From sequence record PP777464.1: a stretch of 64,000 nt of DNA; one strand, given 5' to 3'. Both the position numbers and the translations under genes were made by a program. The notes below the pieces were generated by a model. It saw only the letters and a program-made list of their open reading frames with translations. It was not told the DNA's origin and made no database searches. Shown piece by piece: positions 9,106-18,038 of this stretch (within the stretch, counting starts at the first letter, position 1; the number at the start of each line of letters is the position of its first letter).

Positions 9106-9258
9106 ATGAAACAATACAACGCTCGGTTTGATGTTACTATCGGTAACGGCAAAGGTCAATTCTCTTTCAGTACTCGCAAAAGTTATACAGAAAACTTCCT
9201 GCGTAATTGTGCACTGACCGCCGCACAAATTAAACATTACTTTCAGGCTAAAAAATGA
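9106..9258 (+). CDS. small hypothetical protein
   Basis: Cassette + AGGAG RBS. Confidence 0.7.
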   Translation: MKQYNARFDVTIGNGKGQFSFSTRKSYTENFLRNCALTAAQIKHYFQAKK

Positions 9259-9344
9259 AATCATTAGCTTATTACAGTTCGGCCCTGGTCGGTGCATTGA
9301 TCGCGGCGTTGTTAGTAACCTATCTATTCTTTATGGTGATTTAA

Positions 9345-9488
9345 ATGAATCCAACAGGTTTAAACTATAAAAGTTGTTCGGCGTTTACGAAAGCAAATAA
9401 AGCGAATGCACGTAAAGCGAAAGTACAGGAATACATCAAGCAAGGCATGACGCGAAAGGCGGCGATTCTAAAAGCTAAAAATAAATGA
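9345..9488 (+). CDS. small Lys-rich hypothetical protein (47 aa)
   Basis: Manual translation; GGTG RBS. Confidence 0.55.
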   Translation: MNPTGLNYKSCSAFTKANKANARKAKVQEYIKQGMTRKAAILKAKNK

Positions 9489-9497
9489 AAAAAGTGG

Positions 9498-9580
9498 TTG
9501 ACTCCGGTCAGCCATTTTGCTATTATATATTCATTGAGAGATAGCTCACTAGCCCACAGGGTGCATAAGTGTATCTATTA
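9498..9580 (+). ncRNA. Candidate small RNA family 1, copy 6
   Basis: TTGACT-17-TATTAT, hairpin TGAG-agatag-CTCA, core TAGCCCACAGGGTGCATAAGTGTATCT. Confidence 0.45.
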
Positions 9581-9698
9581 TATAAGTATTGAGTACTGAA
9601 AACTATTTTTAAAAAGTACTTGCAAACTATCTCAATAAGCGTATAATGTTTTACATCGAAAGGGGAAACGGTTTCCCCTGGTAATAAGGAAACAAATC

Positions 9699-10040
9699 AT
9701 GACTATCTCAATTGCTCAATCTAACTTTGAAAATGAAATCATCGCCCAGGCACTGCGTTTAAATGATGGTCGGGCCGAAATTAATTACGGTTTCAATTCA
9801 GGCGGTTGTGAAAAATATCAGTACTTTGTAACGGCTGATGGCGGTGTCCTGGGTATCAATACAGTTATTGTAAACATACAGAAAATTAATTTCAATGATC
9901 CAGACGATAGCCAGTTTTACATCACTGGCGTAGACGTGAACTATGAGGATGACTCACTAACTGATGATCACACTGGCGAGCGGTTAGAAAGTGCATACGG
10001 TGAAGATGATTATCAGTCCGGTCCAGAAGATTTCGAATAA
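9699..10040 (+). CDS. acidic phage hypothetical protein
   Basis: Cassette + AAGGA RBS; C-terminal YEDDSLTDDHTGERLESAYGE. Confidence 0.85.
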   Translation: MTISIAQSNFENEIIAQALRLNDGRAEINYGFNSGGCEKYQYFVTADGGVLGINTVIVNIQKINFNDPDDSQFYITGVDVNYEDDSLTDDHTGERLESAYGEDDYQSGPEDFE

Positions 10041-10136
10041 TATAAAAAAATAGTTTGACAATAGATTATAGTACTGTATAATAGTTTACATCAAGGGGAG
10101 AAAAACTTCTCCCCACTAACAGAGAGAAAAAACAAA

Positions 10137-10349
10137 ATGGCTAATATCTGCACTGTACTGAAAAATGCAAAACAAGTTTTATTTTCTGATCACGATCATT
10201 TAAACAAGGATATTACTGGCGTTCGGAATATCAAAGATGTAAAAAGTGTTATGGGTATCTATTGCAATATGAAACGTGTTGGAACGTTCGGCGACAAAGT
10301 ACTATACCAGGCAGGGGATTACAATTTTACACTGACTATCATTAACTAA
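10137..10349 (+). CDS. hypothetical phage protein
   Basis: Cassette + GAGAG RBS. Confidence 0.8.
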   Translation: MANICTVLKNAKQVLFSDHDHLNKDITGVRNIKDVKSVMGIYCNMKRVGTFGDKVLYQAGDYNFTLTIIN

Positions 10350-10432
10350 AAATATTATCACAGTACTATTGACATAGTTTGATAGTACTGACATAATAAC
10401 TTTTATCAACTACACTACTAAGGAATTAAAAA

Positions 10433-10612
10433 ATGGCTATCATCGCAAAAACTGAAATCGTTGGTCTGGATTCTATCATCATGACGTTTGAAGATCAAAA
10501 AGGTATGTATGTAGTTTCATATGGTGATTATGTTCGGGAGTATGAAACGGTAGACGAAGCCTTTGAAAGTTATATTCGCCAGGTGAATAAAGCATACGAC
10601 GACTACCGCTAA
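10433..10612 (+). CDS. small hypothetical protein (59 aa)
   Basis: Manual translation; promoter + AAGGA RBS. Confidence 0.7.
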   Translation: MAIIAKTEIVGLDSIIMTFEDQKGMYVVSYGDYVREYETVDEAFESYIRQVNKAYDDYR

Positions 10613-10702
10613 AATATATTACCAGTACTATTGACATAGATTGATAGTACTGTATAATAAGTTTTATAAACAGTAGTTAACTTAACCTAAGAGAGAAATA
10701 AA

Positions 10703-10846
10703 ATGATCGCACTGGATTCATTCATCGACGCAGTACTGGCAAAAACTGGCGAGGATCTGACCGCAGAACAATACGCGATGATCGAGCAATGTCAGCAAAA
10801 CGGTAAATCGGTGAAAGATACTGTTAAGATTATCCGCAAGATGTAA
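10703..10846 (+). CDS. small hypothetical protein (47 aa), paralog of 6827..6979
   Basis: Manual translation; promoter + GAGAG RBS. Confidence 0.7.
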   Translation: MIALDSFIDAVLAKTGEDLTAEQYAMIEQCQQNGKSVKDTVKIIRKM

Positions 10847-10852
10847 TATTAT

Positions 10853-10880
10853 AGCCCACTGGTTAACGCTGGTGGGCTTT
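10853..10880 (+). terminator. putative terminator containing a Chi site
   Basis: AGCCCAC...GCTGGTGGGCTTT. Confidence 0.5.
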
Positions 10881-10945
10881 AATCATTTACCCTATACAAT
10901 GCCAGTACTAAACCGTTTATCTCGTTAGAATGCGTTACAGGACGT

Positions 10946-11149
10946 TTGACAATGATTAGCATGAAATCAGTACAAAAACAAATAGAAACATTATCAAAAA
11001 TTAAACGTAAACAGTACTCGTTAGAATATACAATCAATGGTAACTATCATCTAATGAAAGAGAATAATTTCATTGTCATTGATGAATCATTGCAAGTTAT
11101 TAGTATAGTACTGAAAGCATTAATCAATGACAGAAAAAAATTAAAATAA
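10946..11149 (+). CDS. hypothetical protein
   Basis: ORF track; start uncertain. Confidence 0.5.
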   Translation: MTMISMKSVQKQIETLSKIKRKQYSLEYTINGNYHLMKENNFIVIDESLQVISIVLKALINDRKKLK

Positions 11150-11153
11150 TCTA

Positions 11154-11238
11154 TTGACAATATCCTCCAGTACTGGCATAATACTTACATCAAGACGAGA
11201 ACGTCACTAACCCATAGGGTGCACAAATGTAACTATAT
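11154..11238 (+). ncRNA. Candidate small RNA family 1, copy 7
   Basis: TTGACA-17-CATAAT, hairpin GACG-agaa-CGTC, core TAACCCATAGGGTGCACAAATGTAACT. Confidence 0.45.
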
Positions 11239-11478
11239 AATATCGATCAATAAATGATCAAAAAAGTACTGGATCAATTTAGCATAAGGCGTATAATTCT
11301 GATCAATTCTTGATCAAAGGCAATATACGCAGTTGAATTTATATAGACAGTACAAAGGCGTTACTATTCGTGGTAATGCTGGTGGATATGTAGTATCATA
11401 TGGTTTGAATAAGATAAACACTAGTAGTATTATTGTAGCATTACAGTACTATAGTATTTTTATAATGAGGTTAAAATA

Positions 11479-11736
11479 ATGGCAGTAGGATACGCGAAAG
11501 ACGGGGCCGAACAAGACGAGATTCATGCAGTGATTCAGGCCGCCGTTAACCACGCTAGAAAGCAAATTAACGCACAAAGAGAATCACTTGTACATTGCCT
11601 CGACTGCGGCGATAAAATCCCTGAGAATCGACGCCAGGCCGTTATAGGGTGCATGTATTGTATTACTTGCCAGGAGGATCATGATAGTACTTTTAAAAGA
11701 GATCCGCGTAATTGTTGGCATAGATCTATGAGATAA
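11479..11736 (+). CDS. TraR/DksA C4-type zinc finger protein (YbiI-like)
   Basis: CLDCGDKIPENRRQAVIGCMYCITCQ; N-terminus resembles YbiI. Confidence 0.85.
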   Translation: MAVGYAKDGAEQDEIHAVIQAAVNHARKQINAQRESLVHCLDCGDKIPENRRQAVIGCMYCITCQEDHDSTFKRDPRNCWHRSMR

Positions 11737-11799
11737 AAAGTATTGACAGTACTGAAAGATAGTGTATAATGTTTTATATCTTAACTGAGGATAGTAATC

Positions 11800-12156
11800 A
11801 TGGGAATACAACATATCACGCGTACTACTGACAATGGCGAGATCACTGGCTATCAAGTACAGGGCAAAGTAGCACAATTGCAGTACTGGTTTGTTAAACG
11901 TGGAATCATTGCACCGGATCTTGATTATGACCGTGTAGCGTTTATTGATTCTCTTTATGTTGATCCTGATAGTCGGGGCAATGGTGAAGGTAACGAATTA
12001 ATGAATGCCTTTATTGATGCCGCCGATGATTCAGATTGTATCATCTTAGAATGCGATACGGGAGAAGATAACGCCTTTAATCTTAAAGAATGGTACGAAG
12101 GTTTCGGATTCGAGGTATTGATAGATAGTGAATATCCTATCATGATTTTATCATAG
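11800..12156 (+). CDS. GNAT-family N-acetyltransferase
   Basis: Motif A: IDSLYVDPDSRGNGEGNELM. Confidence 0.75.
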   Translation: MGIQHITRTTDNGEITGYQVQGKVAQLQYWFVKRGIIAPDLDYDRVAFIDSLYVDPDSRGNGEGNELMNAFIDAADDSDCIILECDTGEDNAFNLKEWYEGFGFEVLIDSEYPIMILS

Positions 12157-12234
12157 TACTTGCATTTAGTTTTCAGTACTGTTATAGTACTTGCATCAAG
12201 GGGAAACATCTTCCCCTACTAAGAGGAAATAAAA

Positions 12235-12423
12235 ATGGAAAACTTATCAAGTATTTTAGTACAAGATGATTTCGGTAATCCTGGAAGTGCTATCATTGTT
12301 CGGGGCAATAAAGCAACGTTTGTTATTGCTGGTGGACCCGTACAGCGTAGCATTAAAAATAATGCTGTTACCATTAATAATGTACGCTATCGCTTAGATA
12401 AAGAATTAATTCATAAACTGTAA
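12235..12423 (+). CDS. hypothetical phage protein
   Basis: Cassette + GAGGA RBS. Confidence 0.75.
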   Translation: MENLSSILVQDDFGNPGSAIIVRGNKATFVIAGGPVQRSIKNNAVTINNVRYRLDKELIHKL

Positions 12424-12450
12424 TATTAATTTAATAGAGGATAACAATAA

Positions 12451-12774
12451 ATGTACATTCATACTACTGTCACAAAGGAAGTCCGTTGCCAGTTCGAAAG
12501 TATTCCGGGCGTATGTTTCATCACTGGTACGTTTTCCCCTGGTGATCGTGATAATCCAGTACTGTTACAGTTACGCCATCCATTATGGGATAAAGCATTT
12601 GATCTGCCGTTGAATGAATTCGCAACCACTGCTGATAAGTACATTAAAAATATTCGCGAGAATGATTGCCTATTCATTAATGCTTTTAGTGATGCCGCGT
12701 TAAGTGAGATCCATGCTGTATTGGTTGCAATCATGGAATCAATGGAGAAAACTATATTCAAACAAGGTGAATAA
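12451..12774 (+). CDS. hypothetical phage protein
   Basis: GAGGA RBS. Confidence 0.8.
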   Translation: MYIHTTVTKEVRCQFESIPGVCFITGTFSPGDRDNPVLLQLRHPLWDKAFDLPLNEFATTADKYIKNIRENDCLFINAFSDAALSEIHAVLVAIMESMEKTIFKQGE

Positions 12775-12857
12775 AAACTATTGACAATGCAATCCAGTAC
12801 TGTATAATAGTTTACATGAAGGGGAGAAATGATTCTCCCCACTAAGAGGAAAGAAAA

Positions 12858-13070
12858 ATGCAAGGTCAACTAATCGTTCGTAAATGGTCTGATACTAACG
12901 AAAAACCGTGGGATGTACAATACATCGCCCCAAATGGTGAATCCAGATATCAACCAGGTGTAACGCATAGTACTGAGCAATTCGCCGCCGCTCATCGCGA
13001 ACGTCTGTTACAATCAATGCAGCAAGGTTCCGGTGAAAAATTCATTCAGGATCATTGGCTGAAAGATTAA
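12858..13070 (+). CDS. hypothetical phage protein
   Basis: Cassette + GAGGA RBS. Confidence 0.8.
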   Translation: MQGQLIVRKWSDTNEKPWDVQYIAPNGESRYQPGVTHSTEQFAAAHRERLLQSMQQGSGEKFIQDHWLKD

Positions 13071-13157
13071 AAAAGTACTTGCACAGTACTGAATAAAGTG
13101 TATAATGTTTTATATCGGAAGGGGAATAGTTCCCCTCCTAACAAAGAGGAAAGTATA

Positions 13158-13331
13158 ATGGTCCAGGTAGAATTAACAGTACTGAAAGATCTGTTTTATC
13201 GGATTGGTACTACTGGCGAATATCCGAAGGGTGATAATGCAAAACTTTACGTATCACTCGACTTATGGCAACGCGAACAATTAGCAACGGCCTGGCGTAA
13301 AGGCAAAGCAGATCGAGAGGTGAAAGCATGA
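13158..13331 (+). CDS. small hypothetical protein
   Basis: Cassette + GAGGA RBS; start moved to 13158. Confidence 0.75.
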   Translation: MVQVELTVLKDLFYRIGTTGEYPKGDNAKLYVSLDLWQREQLATAWRKGKADREVKA

Positions 13332-13477
13332 AAGAATTCTTATTTGAAGTAGTGTTTCAAGGTGTCGGTAATAACCAACTGATTCGATCAAGTGGTTATA
13401 ATGTTAACCAGGCATGGAATAACATTAAACAAATGTACCCGAACGCTATCACATATCGCAACCCGAAAGAAGTTTAA
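13328..13477 (+). CDS. small hypothetical protein (49 aa)
   Basis: ATGA overlap with previous stop; GAGG RBS. Confidence 0.65.
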   Translation: MKEFLFEVVFQGVGNNQLIRSSGYNVNQAWNNIKQMYPNAITYRNPKEV

Positions 13478-13495
13478 AAATATTTGAAAAAGGGA

Positions 13496-13572
13496 TTGAC
13501 TCCGGTCAGTCCCTTTGCTATTATATACGCATAGAAACAAATTAGCCCACAGGGTGCATAAATGTATCTATT
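13496..13572 (+). ncRNA. Candidate small RNA family 1, copy 8
   Basis: TTGACT-17-TATTAT, core TAGCCCACAGGGTGCATAAATGTATCT, Chi at 13577. Confidence 0.45.
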
Positions 13573-13615
13573 GTTTGCTGGTGGCTAGTACTGAAAACTA
13601 TTTTTAAAAAAGTAC

Positions 13616-13722
13616 TTGCATTGTACTTAGAATCAAGTATAATGTTTTACATCAGGACGGGGAACGAAATAAGTAACCCCGTTAAGTAGTCCAGGAGTAA
13701 GACATACGAAAAACTCCCCTGA
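13616..13722 (+). ncRNA. Candidate small RNA family 2, copy 2
   Basis: Near-identical to 3362-3470 from ttttacatcagg to gataaaatagtttgacaa. Confidence 0.35.
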
Positions 13723-13792
13723 TAAAATAGTTTGACAATAGAAAGTAAACGAGTATAATACTTACATCAACCACTGATAAGGAAACATTAAA

Positions 13793-14068
13793 ATGCGGAC
13801 TTTACTTACAGCTAACGAAATCGAGCAAGTACTGACTACTAATCTGGAACAATGGAAACGTGAAGCAGATATCCAGGCGGTTCAATGCCTTAACGATAAG
13901 TTAACGCCAGATGACTTAAGCACGATTGTTGATCCACAATTTTATGAAGATATTCACGACACGTCTTTAAGCGTCGAGGATGTACTTGATAAGCACTACA
14001 TTGATACTGATTTACATGTTTACGGTCGTAAAAACTTTATCACTATTCACGACATTTACAATACTTAA
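13793..14068 (+). CDS. acidic hypothetical protein
   Basis: Promoter + AAGGA RBS. Confidence 0.8.
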   Translation: MRTLLTANEIEQVLTTNLEQWKREADIQAVQCLNDKLTPDDLSTIVDPQFYEDIHDTSLSVEDVLDKHYIDTDLHVYGRKNFITIHDIYNT

Positions 14069-14430
14069 GTATTGACAAAGTATCTTAGTACTGTATAATA
14101 GTTTACATCAAGTGAGGGGAAACGGTTCCCCTCCTAACAAAGAGAGAGAAATAAAAATGGCTAAGTGCACTATCTGTAATAAAGAAATAGTATTAGTTCC
14201 AAGTGCCCGTGAACGTGCCGCTCGGTTCGGTGGCAAAGCGTCAGACTATACAAAAATGTTTACTGCCCATACAGCTTGCCAGGTAGCAAAACGTTCACAA
14301 GAAAGCGTAGAATTAATGCGTAAACTTTCCAAAAAATAAGTATTGACAAAGTATCTTAGTACTGTATAATAGTTTACATCAAGCGAGGGGAATNGTTCCC
14401 CTCCTAACAAAGAGAGAGAAATAAAAATGG
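14066..14430 (+). repeat. ~95-bp near-identical direct repeats flanking one gene
   Basis: AAGTATTGACAAAGTATCTTAGTACTGTATAATAGTTTACATCAAG...CCTCCTAACAAAGAGAGAGAAATAAAAATGGCTA at ~14067 and ~14337. Confidence 0.9.
14157..14339 (+). CDS. small protein with CxxC...HxxC (possible Zn binding)
   Basis: MAKCTICNK...HTACQ; start after GAGAG RBS. Confidence 0.75.
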   Translation: MAKCTICNKEIVLVPSARERAARFGGKASDYTKMFTAHTACQVAKRSQESVELMRKLSKK

Positions 14431-14750
14431 CTATGATCCTTGCCCAGAAAGTAGAATTGAAAATTGTAACCTCCTTTGACATTAACGTTAATCGGTGGAC
14501 TGATTCACACGGCAATACTTACCACTCTTGCTACGTGTCTGCGTTAATTGGCGACCGCTGGGAAGACCTGGGACACGAAACCTTTACATACGGTTACGGT
14601 ACACAAGGCGAATACACGGGCTTGGAGATCATTAAAGAAACCGTTATAGGTTTCAACCCGAAAGAAAAAGTTATTCATCGCATCGAGGAAGAGATCAACA
14701 AAGAAATAACAGTTCGCTACCACGATGTAAAACGTAAGAAAGACATGTAA
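14427..14750 (+). CDS. hypothetical protein, paralog of 7596..7919
   Basis: RWTDSHGNTYHSCYVS. Confidence 0.85.
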   Translation: MAMILAQKVELKIVTSFDINVNRWTDSHGNTYHSCYVSALIGDRWEDLGHETFTYGYGTQGEYTGLEIIKETVIGFNPKEKVIHRIEEEINKEITVRYHDVKRKKDM

Positions 14751-14845
14751 TAGAATCCATTTAAAGTACTATTTGACATTGCCCAGATAGTACTTTATAA
14801 TAGACTCTAACTTGTAGTACTAACTCAACTAATAGGATGTATACC

Positions 14846-15241
14846 ATGATTACTAAATTCTACGCTACCCGTGAAGCTGCCCGTATTGTTGCACGCGAGG
14901 AAGGAGCAGCATTTAAAGACATGGGCAAAGATGCAACGAAAGGACAACGCTGGGCCGTACAGTTCAAAGAAATCTCTGATATTGTGAATTCACCTGAGCC
15001 AGTACTGACAGCAGCAGAACTAAAACGAGCGGATATGCTGGCGGCAATACTTGACGCACAAGATGAGTTTATCGCTGATTCTGATATCAAAGTACAGGTA
15101 AACCACACCGCATGGACTCACGCGGATCACCTGGCAAACCTTAAGCGTCCAAGTGAACTGATTCGCAACCAGAAAGAGATCCGACATGATCGTAAGGGTA
15201 ATCGTGTAACAGTATACAGTAAACGCCGCCAGGTTATCTAA
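14846..15241 (+). CDS. hypothetical protein, paralog of 2528..2794
   Basis: KFYATREAARIVAREEGAAFKDMG...DRKGNRVTVY. Confidence 0.8.
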   Translation: MITKFYATREAARIVAREEGAAFKDMGKDATKGQRWAVQFKEISDIVNSPEPVLTAAELKRADMLAAILDAQDEFIADSDIKVQVNHTAWTHADHLANLKRPSELIRNQKEIRHDRKGNRVTVYSKRRQVI

Positions 15242-15263
15242 TAACTTGCAGTACTAACAACAC

Positions 15264-15288
15264 GGCGGGATCAGTTCCCGCCTTTTTT
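15264..15288 (+). terminator. intrinsic terminator
   Basis: GGCGGGA/TCCCGCC + T6. Confidence 0.8.
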
Positions 15289-15302
15289 ATAGGACAAACA
15301 AA

Positions 15303-15557
15303 ATGATTAAGGTTCAACTATATAAAGATAACATCTTACGGGTACACTATAAAGCACCTCAGAGAATCATCACAAAGGCCGTACAGCTTGCTAATGAGTT
15401 TATTAATGGTAACCTATTACCTAGGAAGTTAAGCAACGGGAAACTGCGTGTAATCGACGTGGACACTAACAACAGGATAGTAATCGAGAACACAGGAAAG
15501 ATAAACCTTTATGAGCATCAACAATACAATAAGAAAATAAAACTAATATCACGTTGA
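15303..15557 (+). CDS. basic hypothetical protein
   Basis: AGGA RBS. Confidence 0.7.
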   Translation: MIKVQLYKDNILRVHYKAPQRIITKAVQLANEFINGNLLPRKLSNGKLRVIDVDTNNRIVIENTGKINLYEHQQYNKKIKLISR

Positions 15558-15610
15558 CAGTACTCAATTGTTTTAGTACTATGTACACATACCAACACGG
15601 GAGAAACAAA

Positions 15611-15829
15611 ATGAAATTATCTAAAATCGAAAAGAAAACTATTGATGAAGCAGTTAAGCACGGTTATACCTTTCGTAATGATTCACATTTTACCAATTTT
15701 CAACAAGGGTATCGTACTATTAAAAAACTAATTGACAAAGGTTTATTAGTTGAAGTCAATAACGGTAACGGTATCGAGTATCAACCAACACAGGACGCAT
15801 TTTATTTTAAGAAATATAATATTATCTAA
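15611..15829 (+). CDS. small protein, possibly winged-helix-like
   Basis: GGGAG RBS; TIKKLIDKGLLVEV pattern only. Confidence 0.7.
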   Translation: MKLSKIEKKTIDEAVKHGYTFRNDSHFTNFQQGYRTIKKLIDKGLLVEVNNGNGIEYQPTQDAFYFKKYNII

Positions 15830-15886
15830 TTGACAGTACTCAAATGTTTTAGTACTATATGTACATACCAACACGGGGGAAACAAA

Positions 15887-16129
15887 ATGATTACTTTAGA
15901 AAAACGTATCAAAGAAACTACATCGCTGGTGGAACTGTTAACAGTACTCAAATGTAAAACAACACCATTCAGCACGCCGGACTTTATTAATATGGTTGAT
16001 GTTAATGGTCGCTATCGTATCACGGTCGAACAAGGAGCGGCGAAAGTATTCAGTACTAAAAACACGAAGGAAGTGATCCACGCCGTTAATGTTAAAAAAG
16101 TAGTTGCCATTGATAGTAAAGTACTGTAA
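15887..16129 (+). CDS. hypothetical phage protein
   Basis: Duplicated promoter/leader also at 15555; GGGGA RBS. Confidence 0.75.
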   Translation: MITLEKRIKETTSLVELLTVLKCKTTPFSTPDFINMVDVNGRYRITVEQGAAKVFSTKNTKEVIHAVNVKKVVAIDSKVL

Positions 16130-16160
16130 TATAGTTTCATTAACTCAAGGAGAACATGCA

Positions 16161-16745
16161 ATGCGTAATTATACTAAATTCATCCGTACACTGTCAGAAA
16201 TGGAAACCAACAAAGAGATCCTTTCAGCTTGTCGGTTAGCTGGCCTGGAGATCATCGGTGCTGGTTCTTCCCGTATAGTTTTCGCTTTAAATGATCGGTT
16301 AGTGATTAAGGTCGCGAATTGTGATGCGGGTGTAGAACAAAATGAAACTGAATGTAAGGTATGGAATTTTTTAGACTATGACCGCCCTCAATTGAAACAG
16401 TACTTTGCAAAGGTGCATATGCATTTATGCGATCCTGATAATATGTTTATCGTTATGGATCGGTTGAGTACTGCAAGCAAAGGCAGTGTGAAGCACGTAA
16501 ACGCGTGCAATGAATTAAAGTACAATATTAAACGTAATGCAATCGAACGCCAGCACCGCTTTGCTGATGCACTACAACACGTTGATGATACATTATCAAC
16601 ACTAACGATAAGAGATATCAGAAAACAGAATATCGGCCAGGATCGTAATGGACTTATTAAAGTACTTGATTACGGTTTAACCAGCAATATCTGGAATCAG
16701 TACTATAAAAAGCGTGATGTGGCAGCAAGTAAGGTAACACGATAA
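16161..16745 (+). CDS. protein kinase-like (PKL fold) protein
   Basis: Gly loop GAGSSR, VIKVA Lys, alphaC Glu (QNETE), catalytic RDIRKQN, DYG; AGGAG RBS before 16161. Confidence 0.75.
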   Translation: MRNYTKFIRTLSEMETNKEILSACRLAGLEIIGAGSSRIVFALNDRLVIKVANCDAGVEQNETECKVWNFLDYDRPQLKQYFAKVHMHLCDPDNMFIVMDRLSTASKGSVKHVNACNELKYNIKRNAIERQHRFADALQHVDDTLSTLTIRDIRKQNIGQDRNGLIKVLDYGLTSNIWNQYYKKRDVAASKVTR

Positions 16746-16764
16746 AAAAAGATTAAAAAAGGGA

Positions 16765-16846
16765 TTGACTCCGGTCAGTCCCTTTGCTATTATATATCCA
16801 TTGAGAGATAACTCACTGACCCATAGGGTGCGGAAGTGTATCTATT
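16765..16846 (+). ncRNA. Candidate small RNA family 1, copy 9
   Basis: TTGACT-17-TATTAT, hairpin TGAG-agataa-CTCA, core GACCCATAGGGTGCGGAAGTGTATCT. Confidence 0.45.
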
Positions 16847-16966
16847 ATATAAGTATTCAGTACTGAAAACTATTTTTAAAAAAGTACTTGCATTGTACTT
16901 AGAATCAAGTATAATGTTTTATATCGAGAGGGGGAATGGTTCTCCCTGGCAATAAGGAATAAAATC

Positions 16967-17188
16967 ATGACTACAATGACTTGCATTTACGCTTCTAATC
17001 TTCTGAATGATGCGGCCTTTAATGTTGATTCAGAATATCAATGTTATCGGGATGAAAATAAAAAAGTTTTTGTAGTTGATAATAATGGTTTCCATATTGA
17101 ATTACAATCCGGCTTCACTGGTGTTGATGGTAAATCAGTATGGGGCGTACAGGATGATAAAGGCACATATCATTTTAAACGTAATTAA
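16967..17188 (+). CDS. hypothetical phage protein
   Basis: Cassette + AAGGA RBS. Confidence 0.8.
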   Translation: MTTMTCIYASNLLNDAAFNVDSEYQCYRDENKKVFVVDNNGFHIELQSGFTGVDGKSVWGVQDDKGTYHFKRN

Positions 17189-17271
17189 GTATTGACAAAG
17201 TATATCAGTACTGTATAATAGTTTACATCAAGGGGAGAATAGTTCTCCCCGATACTAAAAGGAATAAAATC

Positions 17272-17676
17272 ATGACTACTACTAATCAAGCTCGGTCCAT
17301 CGCCAACGATAAAAATCATGCTGCAATGGTCGCTGGTTACATTGAAGCTATGCAATTCAGTACTGTACACAATGAGAACGGCGATTACCTGGAAGATTAT
17401 GAGTTATCTGATGAAGCACGTCAAGCGGCGGTGATTGCATGTTCTCGCTTCATTGAGAAACACGGTAATGATCTGGAAGTAGTTCGCGGTATGTTTATTG
17501 ATTACGGTTATGAGCAAGCTGGTCATGATCTGTTCCTTACCCGCGAAGGTCACGGAACTGGTTTTTGGGATCGTGGTTTAGGTCACTATGGCGATGTATT
17601 CACGAAGTACTGCGAAGAAATCAACGTTTGCGATCCCTATGTAGGCGATGATAATCTAATCTATATGGGCGAATAA
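17272..17676 (+). CDS. phage hypothetical protein with GHDLFLTREGHGTGFWDR motif
   Basis: Cassette + AAGGA RBS; motif type recalled from other phage early genes. Confidence 0.85.
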   Translation: MTTTNQARSIANDKNHAAMVAGYIEAMQFSTVHNENGDYLEDYELSDEARQAAVIACSRFIEKHGNDLEVVRGMFIDYGYEQAGHDLFLTREGHGTGFWDRGLGHYGDVFTKYCEEINVCDPYVGDDNLIYMGE

Positions 17677-17765
17677 AAGTATTTGACAAAGTATATCAGT
17701 ACTGTATAATAGTTTACATCAAGGGGAGAACTATTCTCCCCACACCAATAAAAGGAAACAAAATT

Positions 17766-18038
17766 ATGTCCAGCTACTCCGCTACTATGATCATTAAAGA
17801 TATGAACGGTAATCCTACTTCTGCTGGTGGATCATTTGGAAATATTAACTTAGATGGGCGGTTATCCATGCAATCAGCCATCGATACAGCGAAAGAAGTT
17901 TTTAAGAATGAATGTACTGTTAGTAAGCTGGATTATATGGGATTCGCTATCGAGAAAACTACTCGTTTTGTGAACTACAAAAATCCACTGATGATTGATA
18001 CTAACCTGAAAGCTAACGAAGTGGGGTACTTATTATGA
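17766..18038 (+). CDS. hypothetical phage protein
   Basis: Cassette + AAGGA RBS. Confidence 0.8.
   Translation: MSSYSATMIIKDMNGNPTSAGGSFGNINLDGRLSMQSAIDTAKEVFKNECTVSKLDYMGFAIEKTTRFVNYKNPLMIDTNLKANEVGYLL

Noticed and set aside
9550-9576. Family 1 core as a pseudo-ToxI RNA or NtrC site
   Set aside because: Poor match to the ToxI repeat, and only one NtrC half-site (GGTGCA) with wrong spacing.
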